Source of the DNA: Candidatus Zhuqueibacterota bacterium
Lineage (GTDB): Bacteria; Zhuqueibacterota; Zhuqueibacteria; Thermofontimicrobiales; Thermofontimicrobiaceae
Reading direction: 5' to 3'
NCBI GenBank assembly: GCA_049322915.1
Contig: JBMOPW010000014.1
Span: forward strand, 954,774 to 1,018,773
Length of the DNA: 64,000 bases
Positions 31,872 to 41,364 of the stretch are shown one piece after another (position 1 is the first letter of the stretch; every line of letters starts with the position of its first letter). Below the pieces are notes generated by a model. That model was not told the DNA's origin, searched no databases, and saw only the letters and a program-made list of their open reading frames with translations. The position numbers and the translations under genes were made by a program.

Positions 31872-32126
31872 TTACGTCGACTCTTTTCGCGGGCGCATGC
31901 TTTTTCTGCTATAGCCGACAACTTCGTAATTGGAATCTATCTGAACATCATAAACCGCTACCATATCGTCCTGGGCTATTTTTCGCATATACTCTGTTTC
32001 TTCAATGCTTTCAAAAATTGAAGACCAGCCGGAGTCGACCGGCTTCACTTCAACGACCCGTCCATTTTTCCCCAGCGCGCTGTTAAAAAAAGCGACTACT
32101 GATGCAACAACTTTTGCGACAGCCAT
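31872..32126 (-). CDS. gvpO: Gas vesicle protein GvpO/GvpR family
   Basis: VVEV...GW..IFESIE...AVYDVQID...VVGYSR. SD GAGG before the ATG at 32126. Confidence 0.78.
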   Translation of the reverse strand: MAVAKVVASVVAFFNSALGKNGRVVEVKPVDSGWSSIFESIEETEYMRKIAQDDMVAVYDVQIDSNYEVVGYSRKSMRPRKEST

Positions 32127-32134
32127 AGTTAACC

Positions 32135-33049
32135 TCAGCAATGAATTGCAAGGAGCTCTTCAATCGTTTTCATTGTGCTCGATTTCGGAGCGCCATTGAA
32201 TTTGTATGTATGAATTTCCGATGTCAAAACATCCAGGCAAATTTTTTTGAAGCGAACATTTTTTCTGGATGGAATGATTTTCAGTAGTTTAATGATGCGA
32301 CCGATCTTGATGGCATCCCGGAGCGTTGGTCGGTCTGTGTGCCCGTCCTGCGAGCGAAATGAGCGCACCAGGTGCACGATTTTTTTGGCATGCTGATATT
32401 TAATACCGGCGCGCCTCTGGGTGATCTGAATTTCGGTCTCCGCATCCAGGCAGCCCAGATCAATGGTAATCATTCGGTCGAGCAGCGCATCCTGAGCCCG
32501 ATGAATACCGACGTACTCCTGGGGATTGCTGGTGAAAATGACGCGAAATTCAGGATGGACATTGATGTAAACTTCCCCTTTGGTCTGGCCGGGAAGGTCA
32601 AGCATTTTTTCTTCAAGAATCGCCAGCAGGATGTTATTCGCCTCCGGCCTGGAACGCGTGAATTCATCATAAATCAGAGTGAGACCATTTTTGCAGGCCA
32701 GCGACAATCGTTTATCGATCCATTGCCGGTCGATTCGCTCCTCGGTTTTGTAAACATGGTGAATAAAATTGTCCACGACTTTTTTTGACCGGATGCCCTG
32801 TTCTGCTCCGACCAGATCCGATGTCGACAATTCATCATCCCCGTGCATGATGATGATAGGCCGGCCAATTTCGGCAGCCAAATGCATGGCCAGCGAGGTT
32901 TTCCCTGTTCCGGCCGGCCCACAGAAATGAATCGGAAAACCTGCATGCATATAAATTCGGGCATAGGAGAGAATATCTTTCAAAAATGGAGTTAGAATAA
33001 AGTCATTGTCGACAATCGGTTCAAGCACAACAGCAGAGGTTTCTCTCAT
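32135..33049 (-). CDS. gvpN: Gas vesicle AAA+ ATPase GvpN
   Basis: Motifs GPAGTGKT, VVDNFIH, YDEFTRSRPEANN, FTSNPQEYVG, QDALLDR. Confidence 0.96.
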   Translation of the reverse strand: MRETSAVVLEPIVDNDFILTPFLKDILSYARIYMHAGFPIHFCGPAGTGKTSLAMHLAAEIGRPIIIMHGDDELSTSDLVGAEQGIRSKKVVDNFIHHVYKTEERIDRQWIDKRLSLACKNGLTLIYDEFTRSRPEANNILLAILEEKMLDLPGQTKGEVYINVHPEFRVIFTSNPQEYVGIHRAQDALLDRMITIDLGCLDAETEIQITQRRAGIKYQHAKKIVHLVRSFRSQDGHTDRPTLRDAIKIGRIIKLLKIIPSRKNVRFKKICLDVLTSEIHTYKFNGAPKSSTMKTIEELLAIHC

Positions 33050-33449
33050 GTTTATCTCCAAAATGCACATCTATTCGGATCGGCGCGAATTGACAGGCAT
33101 GACAATTCACCCTACCAGTTCCTGCGACCAAATCGGCGGACGGTGTGGCCTGGCTGTGAAACGATGATGTCATAACCCCACTGTACAGCACAGGTCAATC
33201 CCTTTTGTATCAGCGAATGCAGAACAATAAAGGACAACCCGAGCTTATTTGCAGGACGATGCTCAGAAGGGGATGCCAGTGCCAATTGGTCGAAGGCACC
33301 AACCTGTCCGAATCTCAACCTTCGTCCCAATGAATAATGCCTGATCAATCACCGCACAAGTATCTGTTCGAAGTCGCCAACGATCTGGTATTTTAGTAAA
33401 TTAGATAATAGCCAACATGGTTTCAGTCAATGTCGGCAATGCGAAGCTA

Positions 33450-34766
33450 TCAGTTTGGAAAATAGAGATTGTCCTGTTTCCTGACCAGATCTTTTTCGAT
33501 GAGCGCTTTGGCATACGGAATTAACTTCTGCCACTTCAAATCCATGGCCTTTCCGATGTCCGTCAATTTCGCGCCTGCTGCGCCGTGTTCTTTTATCAAA
33601 GCCAGGATTTTTTCTTCCGCGCCATTTTGTGAATTCTCAACCGGCATCGATGGAGCATTCTGTTCAGCCACGGGTGCTTTGGCCTGGGTTGTGCGCTGTT
33701 TCTTTGCGGAAGGCCGTTCACCTCGTCGCTTTCCATCGATGAGGTTGGCGATGTTTTGCCATTCCTGAATTGCTTCCTGATTCTCCGATTGCAGCCGGTT
33801 CAGCATGGTCGTTATCTCGGATTTCATGGCGTTCAGTGAATTCAACCGGCCCGTCATCGCTTCCTGAGCCTGACGAATTCGGTCGGCGTTCCCCTGTTTC
33901 AAATTCGTTTTCAAATCCGAAAACATTCCGGACAGATTGGAGCGCATCTCATCGTGCGCTTGATGAAAACCTGTCAGCATGCCGGCAATTTCCTGGCTCT
34001 GCTTCTGCTGATTTCGCTGAATCCGGGCCATCAGTTCGTTGAAACTCTGCAGCCGTTCTTTGTTAAAGCCCTTGAACGAAATTGTCTCTCTGAGAATTTT
34101 TGACATGGCAGCATGGTCATTTTTAAAGTTCTCAATCAATGCGCTCGAATTTTTAAACAGTGTGTCCAGGTAGTTTGCTCGTTCTTCAATTTCCTTCTCC
34201 GCCCGGGAAAACCGCTCCTGTTCCTGCAGCGATAGCCTTTTTTTGAACTCAGCCAAATCGGTCTGGAAATTATTCAGCAGTTGCTTCATGTCGTTGCTTC
34301 GGCTCCGATGCTGGTCACGAAATGTGTTGAGATTGCCGGCGACATCGGCTTTGTTTTGAGAAATTTGATTCTGCAAACCGGTCATGAACCGGTCAAATTC
34401 GTTCAGGCGCGCTGATCGGAAGTTATTCAACAATTCGGCGACAGAGTTGGAAAAATCAGAAGCGCCATCGCCTTTAAATGCAGCTAACAGCGTGGATAGC
34501 TCTTTCACCCTCTGGTTAATTTCCTCCTGAGTATCAGCGAATCGCTTTTTATTATCATTGGCCAGGTTAGTCTTCAGGTCATTCAACTTCTGTTTTAATG
34601 CCTCGCTCATTTCGTGATGCTCATCGCGAAATCGGTTCAGCATTTCCCGTGTGGATTGAGCTGTCACAGAATTCGACTTCACAATCGTGGCTATTGAATT
34701 CAATCGCTCATCAAAAGAGGTAAGTATCTCCTCTTTCAAGCGCCTCATTTCATCTAAATTAGACAT
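33450..34766 (-). CDS. GvpC-like helical repeat protein with a C-terminal winged-helix-like domain
   Basis: Sits between gvpA and gvpN. Recurrent F-x3-H-x2-M helices; the tail reads EEKILALIKEH..GAKLTDIG....KWQKL....KALIEKDLVRKQDNLYF. Confidence 0.7.
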   Translation of the reverse strand: MSNLDEMRRLKEEILTSFDERLNSIATIVKSNSVTAQSTREMLNRFRDEHHEMSEALKQKLNDLKTNLANDNKKRFADTQEEINQRVKELSTLLAAFKGDGASDFSNSVAELLNNFRSARLNEFDRFMTGLQNQISQNKADVAGNLNTFRDQHRSRSNDMKQLLNNFQTDLAEFKKRLSLQEQERFSRAEKEIEERANYLDTLFKNSSALIENFKNDHAAMSKILRETISFKGFNKERLQSFNELMARIQRNQQKQSQEIAGMLTGFHQAHDEMRSNLSGMFSDLKTNLKQGNADRIRQAQEAMTGRLNSLNAMKSEITTMLNRLQSENQEAIQEWQNIANLIDGKRRGERPSAKKQRTTQAKAPVAEQNAPSMPVENSQNGAEEKILALIKEHGAAGAKLTDIGKAMDLKWQKLIPYAKALIEKDLVRKQDNLYFPN

Positions 34767-34787
34767 ATAAAAATCTCCAGGTTAACT

Positions 34788-35444
34788 TTAATGGATCGCC
34801 TCATGGGCGTTATCTATATTCGCTTTTTGCAAGATAATTTTTTTGTCGTGAAGTTCATTCCACAGGGCTCTCATTTCACTGTGTTCGCGGGAAATTTCAT
34901 TCAACATGGATTTGATTTCGCTGTTTCGCTCCATCTGTTGCGCGCGAATTTTTTCGATCATCTTTTTGAAATCTTTAATCCGCATCTGCTCGCTGTTTTC
35001 GAGCAACGATTTTAAATTATTGGTCATCTCTTCCTGATCGCGACGAAATGAAATGATGTTTTTTTGAATGGCGTCCCCATTCTTTTCCAGTCTTGCGATG
35101 GTTTCATGGGATTGCTCAATTTTGCCAGTGGCTTATGATTCGAGGAAAATGGAAGCGAGATTTTTATGCTCATCGGCGAAGAGCCGCAACGTTAGCTTCA
35201 TGTCTTTTTCGCATTCAATTTGATAGAACTGTAAATCGCTCAGCATGAGGTCGAAGTCTTTCTTCCTCAATGATTTTTCGTGGGCTAACGAATCTTTTAG
35301 TCTGTCCCAATTAGTTTTCCTTTTTTCACGGCAATCATCCAGGGTGTTATAGGTAGAGCTCACAATCTCCTCGATTTTACTGACTCGCATGGTATACTTG
35401 TTGATAAAATCACGAGTGATTGTTTGCATTTGATCGATTTCCAT
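34788..35444 (-). pseudogene. Helical two-repeat (GvpC-like) protein gene interrupted by an in-frame TAA at 35133-35135
   Basis: ORFs 35133..35444 and 34788..35027 are in the same frame with an open linker. Internal repeats SLRKKDFDLML and QMRIKDFKKMI. Confidence 0.72.
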
Positions 35445-35603
35445 GGTACGGCATCCTTTTCAATTGGCATAACTGAAATGAAAAAAATGATTGCAGAAAA
35501 AGTGTCAGGAAATCTTTGGCAGAATATACTCATTGTAACAATTAGAGCTGGTTCAGAATTAAGGATATTCTGGCAAAAACCTCCTGATGAGGCAATCACC
35601 CGG

Positions 35604-35819
35604 TTATGCAGGATGCGCTGCTGTTGCAGTCAATCCAATCGCTTCTGCATACTTCAGATAGGTCTCGACTGAAGCCAACACAACTCGCGCTTCAATTGCG
35701 AGTAATTCAATACCGACCAGTGAGACTCGCGCCCACGCATCGATGACGATGCCTTTGTCCAGGATGCGGTCGATCACTTCGACGAGGCTTGAGGAAGCCA
35801 TAGTTTTTTCTACTGCCAT
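35604..35819 (-). CDS. gvpA: Major gas vesicle structural protein GvpA, copy 2
   Basis: [55 protein letters not shown]. Confidence 0.98.
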   Translation of the reverse strand: MAVEKTMASSSLVEVIDRILDKGIVIDAWARVSLVGIELLAIEARVVLASVETYLKYAEAIGLTATAAHPA

Positions 35820-35894
35820 TGTAGTAACTCCATTTTTAATGTTAGTTGATTGCGATGAATCACGCCATTTTTAGGTGATCATCAATGTAATTGA

Positions 35895-36110
35895 TTACGC
35901 CGGGTGCGCTGCAGTTGCAGTCAACCCAATCGCTTCTGCATACTTCAAATAGGTCTCTACCGAAGCCAACACAACGCGCGCTTCGACCGCCAGTAATTCG
36001 ATACCCACCAGGGATACGCGTGCCCACGCATCGATGACGATGCCCTTATCCAGTATGCGATCGATTACTTCAACGAGACTTGAAGAAGCCATAGTCTTTT
36101 CTACTGCCAT
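35895..36110 (-). CDS. gvpA: Major gas vesicle structural protein GvpA, copy 1
   Basis: Same 71-aa protein apart from V/I at residue 42. Very strong SD AAAGGAGGTGA before the ATG at 36110. Confidence 0.98.
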   Translation of the reverse strand: MAVEKTMASSSLVEVIDRILDKGIVIDAWARVSLVGIELLAVEARVVLASVETYLKYAEAIGLTATAAHPA

Positions 36111-36736
36111 ATTCTCACCTCCTTTCATGAATGGTATAATGTGGAAATTGCGCCTTTGAAGGCGTTTCGTTTTCATCATCTTTGAAATCTCATTACGGTA
36201 TTTTATTTTACAATTTCTATTCCATGAAATCAGGCTAAAATAATATGCGAATGGAGTCAGTATTTTCAATACATTAGTTACAATCGTTCATCATGAATGA
36301 AGAAGACAATTGAGGAAAAAAATACACCTTTATGGTGTGCATTCCATAGACTGAATTCCAGCACAGTTTAAAATCGACGGAATTTTATGAAACTTGAGAA
36401 AAAGAAAATGAATTAATGGTCAAATAGGTTGGGAAAAAGATAGAATAAATGACCGAAGAGAAAGAATCGAGTTAAGGCAGTGAGATTTCTGTTTCGGCCA
36501 GGAATTCATGTAAGTCATACGGAAAAATAAGTCAAACATTTGAGTATGAACTGCGTTTAAGAATTGTAAAACAAAGTGACGATGAACAATCCCTCGAAAT
36601 CGAATTCCAGTTACTTTGAAGATGACGAAATGAACATGCGGGTGTAAATTTCCCTGCATCCCAATTTTTTGCTTGACTTTCAGCTTATTATTTAATAATA
36701 TACCAAACACTTTGAACGAAAACTGGAGGTCTTCCT

Positions 36737-37387
36737 ATGAAGAAAAGCTTGAGTATCGTGTTGCTTGTGGTGCTTATCATCGCATGTGTGGGTGCGGAAA
36801 TGGCATACTCCCAGGCATTGACCACGACGATATTGAAGGCCGGCTATTTCAATCCAAAAGGCAGTAAGGACGGATTCATTTTTGGCGCCGGGTATTCGTG
36901 GATCGTTGACGAATCAGTCGATATCGGAATTGCAATTGATTATTTCAGAAAAAATTACACTGAGGAAACGCAGATTGCGCAGTCTGTTTCCGAAGGGGGA
37001 ACGGTGGAAAATCAGATACGAACCAACGCTGAATTCACAACGAACATCCTGCCCATTTACGGCGTGCTCAATGTAAAATTCCCGGCCGGCACATATCTGG
37101 ATTATTTCGTCAGCGGTGGCCTGGGCTATGAAATGCTGTTCAGTAAAGAACAAACGTTCGGGGAGAATGCATTCAGCAGTTCCCGATATTATAGCGGCTT
37201 TAAATGGTTGCTCGCCGCGGGCATCATGTATCAAGTGGGATCCAGATCGTCATTTCTGGCGGAGGTCTACTACGACGGGACCAAAGTGAGTCGCGATAAA
37301 AAGGACGAAGTCGGCGCGCCGATTCGATACGAAGTTGATCTCTCAGGAATTGGATTCAGAGTTGGGGTTCGAATGGGCTTCCGATGA
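36737..37387 (+). CDS. Small outer membrane beta-barrel protein
   Basis: Signal peptide, amphipathic beta-strands, C-terminal RVGVRMGF, SD GGAGG. Confidence 0.78.
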   Translation: MKKSLSIVLLVVLIIACVGAEMAYSQALTTTILKAGYFNPKGSKDGFIFGAGYSWIVDESVDIGIAIDYFRKNYTEETQIAQSVSEGGTVENQIRTNAEFTTNILPIYGVLNVKFPAGTYLDYFVSGGLGYEMLFSKEQTFGENAFSSSRYYSGFKWLLAAGIMYQVGSRSSFLAEVYYDGTKVSRDKKDEVGAPIRYEVDLSGIGFRVGVRMGFR

Positions 37388-37460
37388 GATGCTATTCTGT
37401 CAGGAATTAGTCAACAGCAATCGACCTGCTGATCCTTGCTGCACAGAGATTTGATAGCAC

Positions 37461-37502
37461 TGGAGTATTGGATGACCGAATATCTTCATATCCAATACTC
37501 CA
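37461..37502. repeat. Intergenic 13-bp perfect inverted repeat (stem-loop)
   Basis: TGGAGTATTGGAT (37461-37473) pairs with ATCCAATACTCCA (37490-37502). No U-tract follows. Confidence 0.7.
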
Positions 37503-37608
37503 TCCTTCTACTGATTTGAGTCATTCAATCATTGATCATCGCATGACGCGTTCATGATTTTGAATTTCCTTCTTTTTCTAAAATAAAAACGTTAGTCCTC
37601 TCAACATT

Positions 37609-38436
37609 ATGCAGAATTACCAATACGGACAAATGCGATTTGGTTTGGGCGGCGGATACATGACGCCGGCGGTGCAGTACACCATATTCGCAAACGGCAT
37701 TGTATTTTTATTGCAGCTATTGGTCGGGAATCGCCTGATCGACTTGTTCGGTTTGCACCCGGCCAGCGTCTTCCCCGGTTTTGCAATCTGGCAATTTTTC
37801 ACCTACATGTTTTTGCACGGTGGTTTCATCCACATCCTGTTCAACATGCTCATTCTATGGATGTTCGGCTGCGAAGTCGAGAGGCATTGGGGAAGCAAAG
37901 AATTCATTAAATACTACCTAATTTGTGGTGTTGGTGCTGGCTTATTTCACCTGATTTTTAATTTATCGTCCAATATACCTGTGGTCGGCGCGTCCGGCGC
38001 GATTTATGGGATTATCCTCGCATTCGCTATGTTATTCCCGGACCGACCCATCATTCTATTCCCGTTTTTCATCGCGCTGAAAGCAAAATACTGGGCGATC
38101 ATCATGGCTGGTATGCAATTGGTTTTCGGGTTATTGGGCGGTGGCGGCATTGCCCATTTCGCCCATTTGGGGGGAATGGTCGTTGGCTATATAACGCTGA
38201 AATTGGGGTGGCGCGTTTCGTTGATTCGGGACTATGCCAGCCAGAAACGTACAGAATGGAGGCTCAGACAAATGATCCGCGAACGGCAAAAAATGCTGAC
38301 GCTCAGGGAAGAGATCGATTTAATCCTGGATAAAATAAATGATGTTGGCTACGAAAATCTGACAGACGAGGAAAAACGAAAATTACAATCTGCCAGCCAT
38401 TCGTTAGCTGAAGATGAACAGAAACCGGTTCGATAA
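37609..38436 (+). CDS. Rhomboid intramembrane serine protease
   Basis: Motifs WQFFTYMFLH, HILFNM, GASGA, AHLGG; cytoplasmic tail IDLILDKI...GYENLT. Confidence 0.93.
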   Translation: MQNYQYGQMRFGLGGGYMTPAVQYTIFANGIVFLLQLLVGNRLIDLFGLHPASVFPGFAIWQFFTYMFLHGGFIHILFNMLILWMFGCEVERHWGSKEFIKYYLICGVGAGLFHLIFNLSSNIPVVGASGAIYGIILAFAMLFPDRPIILFPFFIALKAKYWAIIMAGMQLVFGLLGGGGIAHFAHLGGMVVGYITLKLGWRVSLIRDYASQKRTEWRLRQMIRERQKMLTLREEIDLILDKINDVGYENLTDEEKRKLQSASHSLAEDEQKPVR

Positions 38437-38442
38437 TCTTCC

Positions 38443-39954
38443 ATGTTGAGATGTTATTTTCCAAAAATCTGCATTGCATGTGCATTCATTTCGGTGATCA
38501 GTATCGCTGCAAGAACAAACGCGCAGGAAGTTACCATCGTTTACCGGGAGGCTGTTAATTACTCGGAAACCGTGACGACGATTTTCCATGAGGACGTTCG
38601 GTTTATTTCGGTGAATGAATTGGCGCGTGTCCTCAATGCCCACATCGTAAATAATGATCTGAATCGAAAATCCCTAATTCAACTGGACGGTAAGGCGATT
38701 AAAGTAACGGCATTCAATCCGTTCATTCAGGTTGACGATCAGACGTTCCAGCTTCCCATCGACACTATTTTGAGAAATTCGGAAATTTACCTGCCGTTCA
38801 AATACGCGCTGGAAATTTTGGGCGTTGCAGTTCCGAACCGGTTCGAGTACGATGAATCGAGCAATACACTGATCCTGCAAAGGAGCATGAATTACAATGT
38901 CGAAGATATTGAAGTCGATGCAAAAATCAACGGCACGTTGATCCGTATCAAGACGATTCGGGATTTTAAGAGTTCGGACATCAGCCTCCGCGCCAGTCAG
39001 GGATGGCTTTATGTTGATCTCTATGGCGGTCGGGCCGATTCCGCTTCGCTCTATAAAACATTCAGTAGTGGATTAATCGTACGAATCATTGCCAGCCAGA
39101 TATCTCCGGATTTATTGCAAATTGGTTTCCGTCTGCGGGATGAACTTGTGGAGAAACATATCATTTCTCAGAATCCCCGTGAGATCATGGTATCGCTGAA
39201 GACGAAGAAGGATTTGTCTGCGGAAATAACCAAAGATTTGGAGAACGAAAAGAGCAAATGGCTCATCGATAAAATCGTAATTGATCCGGGCCATGGGGGC
39301 AAAGACCCGGGTGCTGTGGGGCGAAAATATCGCACCTACGAGAAGGATGTTGTGCTGGGAATTGCCAGACACCTGAAGGAACTGTTGGTCAGTCAGTTGG
39401 GAATAGACGTATTGATGACCCGTGAGGATGACCGTTTTATCGAGTTATATCAGCGAACCGAATTCGCCAACAGAAATCAGGCGAAGCTTTTTATTAGCAT
39501 CCACGCTAACTCGGTTGAAAACAACTCGCGCGTTCGGGGTGTGAGTACTTATTTTCTTGGACCTGGTAAATCGGAAGAGGCTCGACAAGTTGCGCGTTTG
39601 GAAAATTCAGTAATCAAGTATGAAAACGAGAGCAAATATGCTGACTTGACCCAGGAAAATTTTATTCTTTCCTCGATGGCTCAAAACATTTACAATCTGG
39701 AAAGCCAGGATCTGGCGGAAATGGTGCAGAAGGAAATAACACAGGAATGTGGGCTTAAAGATCGGGGCGTTATCCAGGCGGAATTTTACGTATTATGGAA
39801 AGCGTCCATGCCGAATATCCTCATCGAGACTGCCTACATTTCCAATGCGAACGAAGAGAATTTGTTGCGGTCGAATGCGTTTCAGAAAAAACAGGCAATG
39901 GCCATTTTCCGCAGCATCAAAAAATTCAAAGAGAAATACGAATCGGAGCTATAA
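38443..39954 (+). CDS. N-acetylmuramoyl-L-alanine amidase (Amidase_3, AmiC-like)
   Basis: Motifs IDPGHGGKDPGA, EK, FISIHAN, ILIETAYISN. Confidence 0.93.
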   Translation: MLRCYFPKICIACAFISVISIAARTNAQEVTIVYREAVNYSETVTTIFHEDVRFISVNELARVLNAHIVNNDLNRKSLIQLDGKAIKVTAFNPFIQVDDQTFQLPIDTILRNSEIYLPFKYALEILGVAVPNRFEYDESSNTLILQRSMNYNVEDIEVDAKINGTLIRIKTIRDFKSSDISLRASQGWLYVDLYGGRADSASLYKTFSSGLIVRIIASQISPDLLQIGFRLRDELVEKHIISQNPREIMVSLKTKKDLSAEITKDLENEKSKWLIDKIVIDPGHGGKDPGAVGRKYRTYEKDVVLGIARHLKELLVSQLGIDVLMTREDDRFIELYQRTEFANRNQAKLFISIHANSVENNSRVRGVSTYFLGPGKSEEARQVARLENSVIKYENESKYADLTQENFILSSMAQNIYNLESQDLAEMVQKEITQECGLKDRGVIQAEFYVLWKASMPNILIETAYISNANEENLLRSNAFQKKQAMAIFRSIKKFKEKYESEL

Positions 39955-39984
39955 AAAAAAGCCCCCAGCTTTCGCCAGGGACTT
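39953..39984 (-). terminator. Intrinsic terminator of the response regulator gene
   Basis: Minus strand reads AAGTCCCTGGC-GAAA-GCTGGGGGCTT followed by a T-run. Confidence 0.75.
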
Positions 39985-40007
39985 CGGAGGGAGGAAAAAA
40001 TGAGATG

Positions 40008-40691
40008 TTACAAAAATCTATAACCTGTTCCGTGAATAGTCTCTATGTATTGTGATGGGTATTTATATTCACCCAGTTTCTCGCGCAGTCGTTTGATGTG
40101 GACGTCGACTGTCCGGTTGGTGACATATACTTTCCTGCCCCACACTTTTTCCAAAATTTCTTTACGGGAAAATACGTTCTCCCGTCGGGATGCCAGAAGG
40201 TACAACAACTTGAATTGAATGTAAGTTAAATCAATCGGTTTCCCTGATTTCCGCACTTTGTGTTCATCCAGATCAATCTCAATATCTTTCACTTTAATTT
40301 TCTTACTCTCCGTTCTTTCGACGCGGTCAATGACAGCTTTCATACGAGCGACGATCGATTTGGTGCTGAACGGTTTGATCACATAATCATCAGCGCCAAT
40401 TTGGAACGCTTTGACAACGTCATTTTCATTGTCGTTGGAGGTAACAATAATCAGTGCGGCTTTTCGTGTATCAAAGTCATCTTTCAGATTTTTACAAATA
40501 TTCCACATATCTTCACCGAAGTCATCATGGTCTACGATGACTGCCTTCGGCCGCTCAGCTAAAACGATTTCCTGTACCCTATCAGGATCGTTCATACTGA
40601 TCGCTACGAAACCCTCATCCTCAACAATCCTGGACATGGAGTTGGGGTTGCCGTTCTGTGCATCAACAACCAATACTTTTCCCTTATCCAT
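40008..40691 (-). CDS. OmpR/PhoB-family response regulator
   Basis: Receiver domain (GADDYVIKPF) plus winged helix (RTVDVHIKRLREKL, IETIHGTGYRF). Confidence 0.93.
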   Translation of the reverse strand: MDKGKVLVVDAQNGNPNSMSRIVEDEGFVAISMNDPDRVQEIVLAERPKAVIVDHDDFGEDMWNICKNLKDDFDTRKAALIIVTSNDNENDVVKAFQIGADDYVIKPFSTKSIVARMKAVIDRVERTESKKIKVKDIEIDLDEHKVRKSGKPIDLTYIQFKLLYLLASRRENVFSRKEILEKVWGRKVYVTNRTVDVHIKRLREKLGEYKYPSQYIETIHGTGYRFL

Positions 40692-40767
40692 TTCTCTTTC
40701 CTCTTCTTTAACTGTGGTTCAACACTACTGAATTTATAAGATACTTGTTTTCGCATCAAAATAAATG

Positions 40768-40869
40768 ACCTCGTATCGAGATATGATGCAGTACTTGATT
40801 TTCCCAAACCCTTCACCCCAACCGTCAACATCATGGATTAGAGCTGTGAACCCAATCTCGATACGAGGT
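40768..40869. repeat. Perfect 15-bp inverted repeat enclosing 72 bp
   Basis: ACCTCGTATCGAGAT (40768-40782) and ATCTCGATACGAGGT (40855-40869). Confidence 0.85.
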
Positions 40870-40933
40870 GCAAGCCCAAATATGACACTCTTTAACAATC
40901 AAACATCAATCATCAAAAGACATACATAGCATC

Positions 40934-40950
40934 AGCAAAGATTATGCCAG
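40934..40950 (-). promoter_or_regulatory. Putative sigma54 -24/-12 promoter
   Basis: Minus strand CTGGCATAATCTTTGCT fits TGGCAY-N5-TTGCW with exact spacing, about 240 bp upstream of the response regulator. Confidence 0.65.
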
Positions 40951-41364
40951 TTGCGATTAAAAAATCCATTAGGTAAGAACTTAGACTCTTGTCATGTGAC
41001 GACAGCAATAACTCACTGAAAAATTAATGTGTTATAAATTTGATTTTTTTGCCGGGCAAAATCGGTATCAATCGTATTGTTGTCTTCTTTATTCAGCAAC
41101 TGACGGTTTACCTTTCAGATGGCCGGAAATCAACCAATATATTATAAAAATGAAAGATTCAAATCGGTACACTTTTTCTTAACTTTTTCCGGTTAAACAT
41201 TGAAATATAGTTTTAATTTTAAATATTGATTACAATTCTGAAAAAAGTGAATGGGCTAACCATGTTAAAATAAAAGTTAATATAATGAAATTTCAGACCT
41301 ATTGTTAAAAAATTGTCTCATACTCATCATTGTTTCATTTTAGAACAATGAGAATGTAACACCA

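Noticed and set aside
33112..33348. 78-aa ORF between the gvpC-like gene and gvpN
   Set aside because: It has no SD, a non-ATG start and no Gvp-like features, so I treated it as intergenic.
35133..35135. Recoding (Sec/Pyl or an alternative genetic code) of the in-frame stop
   Set aside because: The codon is TAA, which serves as a normal stop throughout the window; Sec uses TGA and Pyl uses TAG.
36111..36269. 53-aa N-terminal extension of GvpA copy 1 in the ORF track
   Set aside because: The strong SD before the ATG at 36110 and the near-identity with copy 2 show that the real protein is 71 aa.
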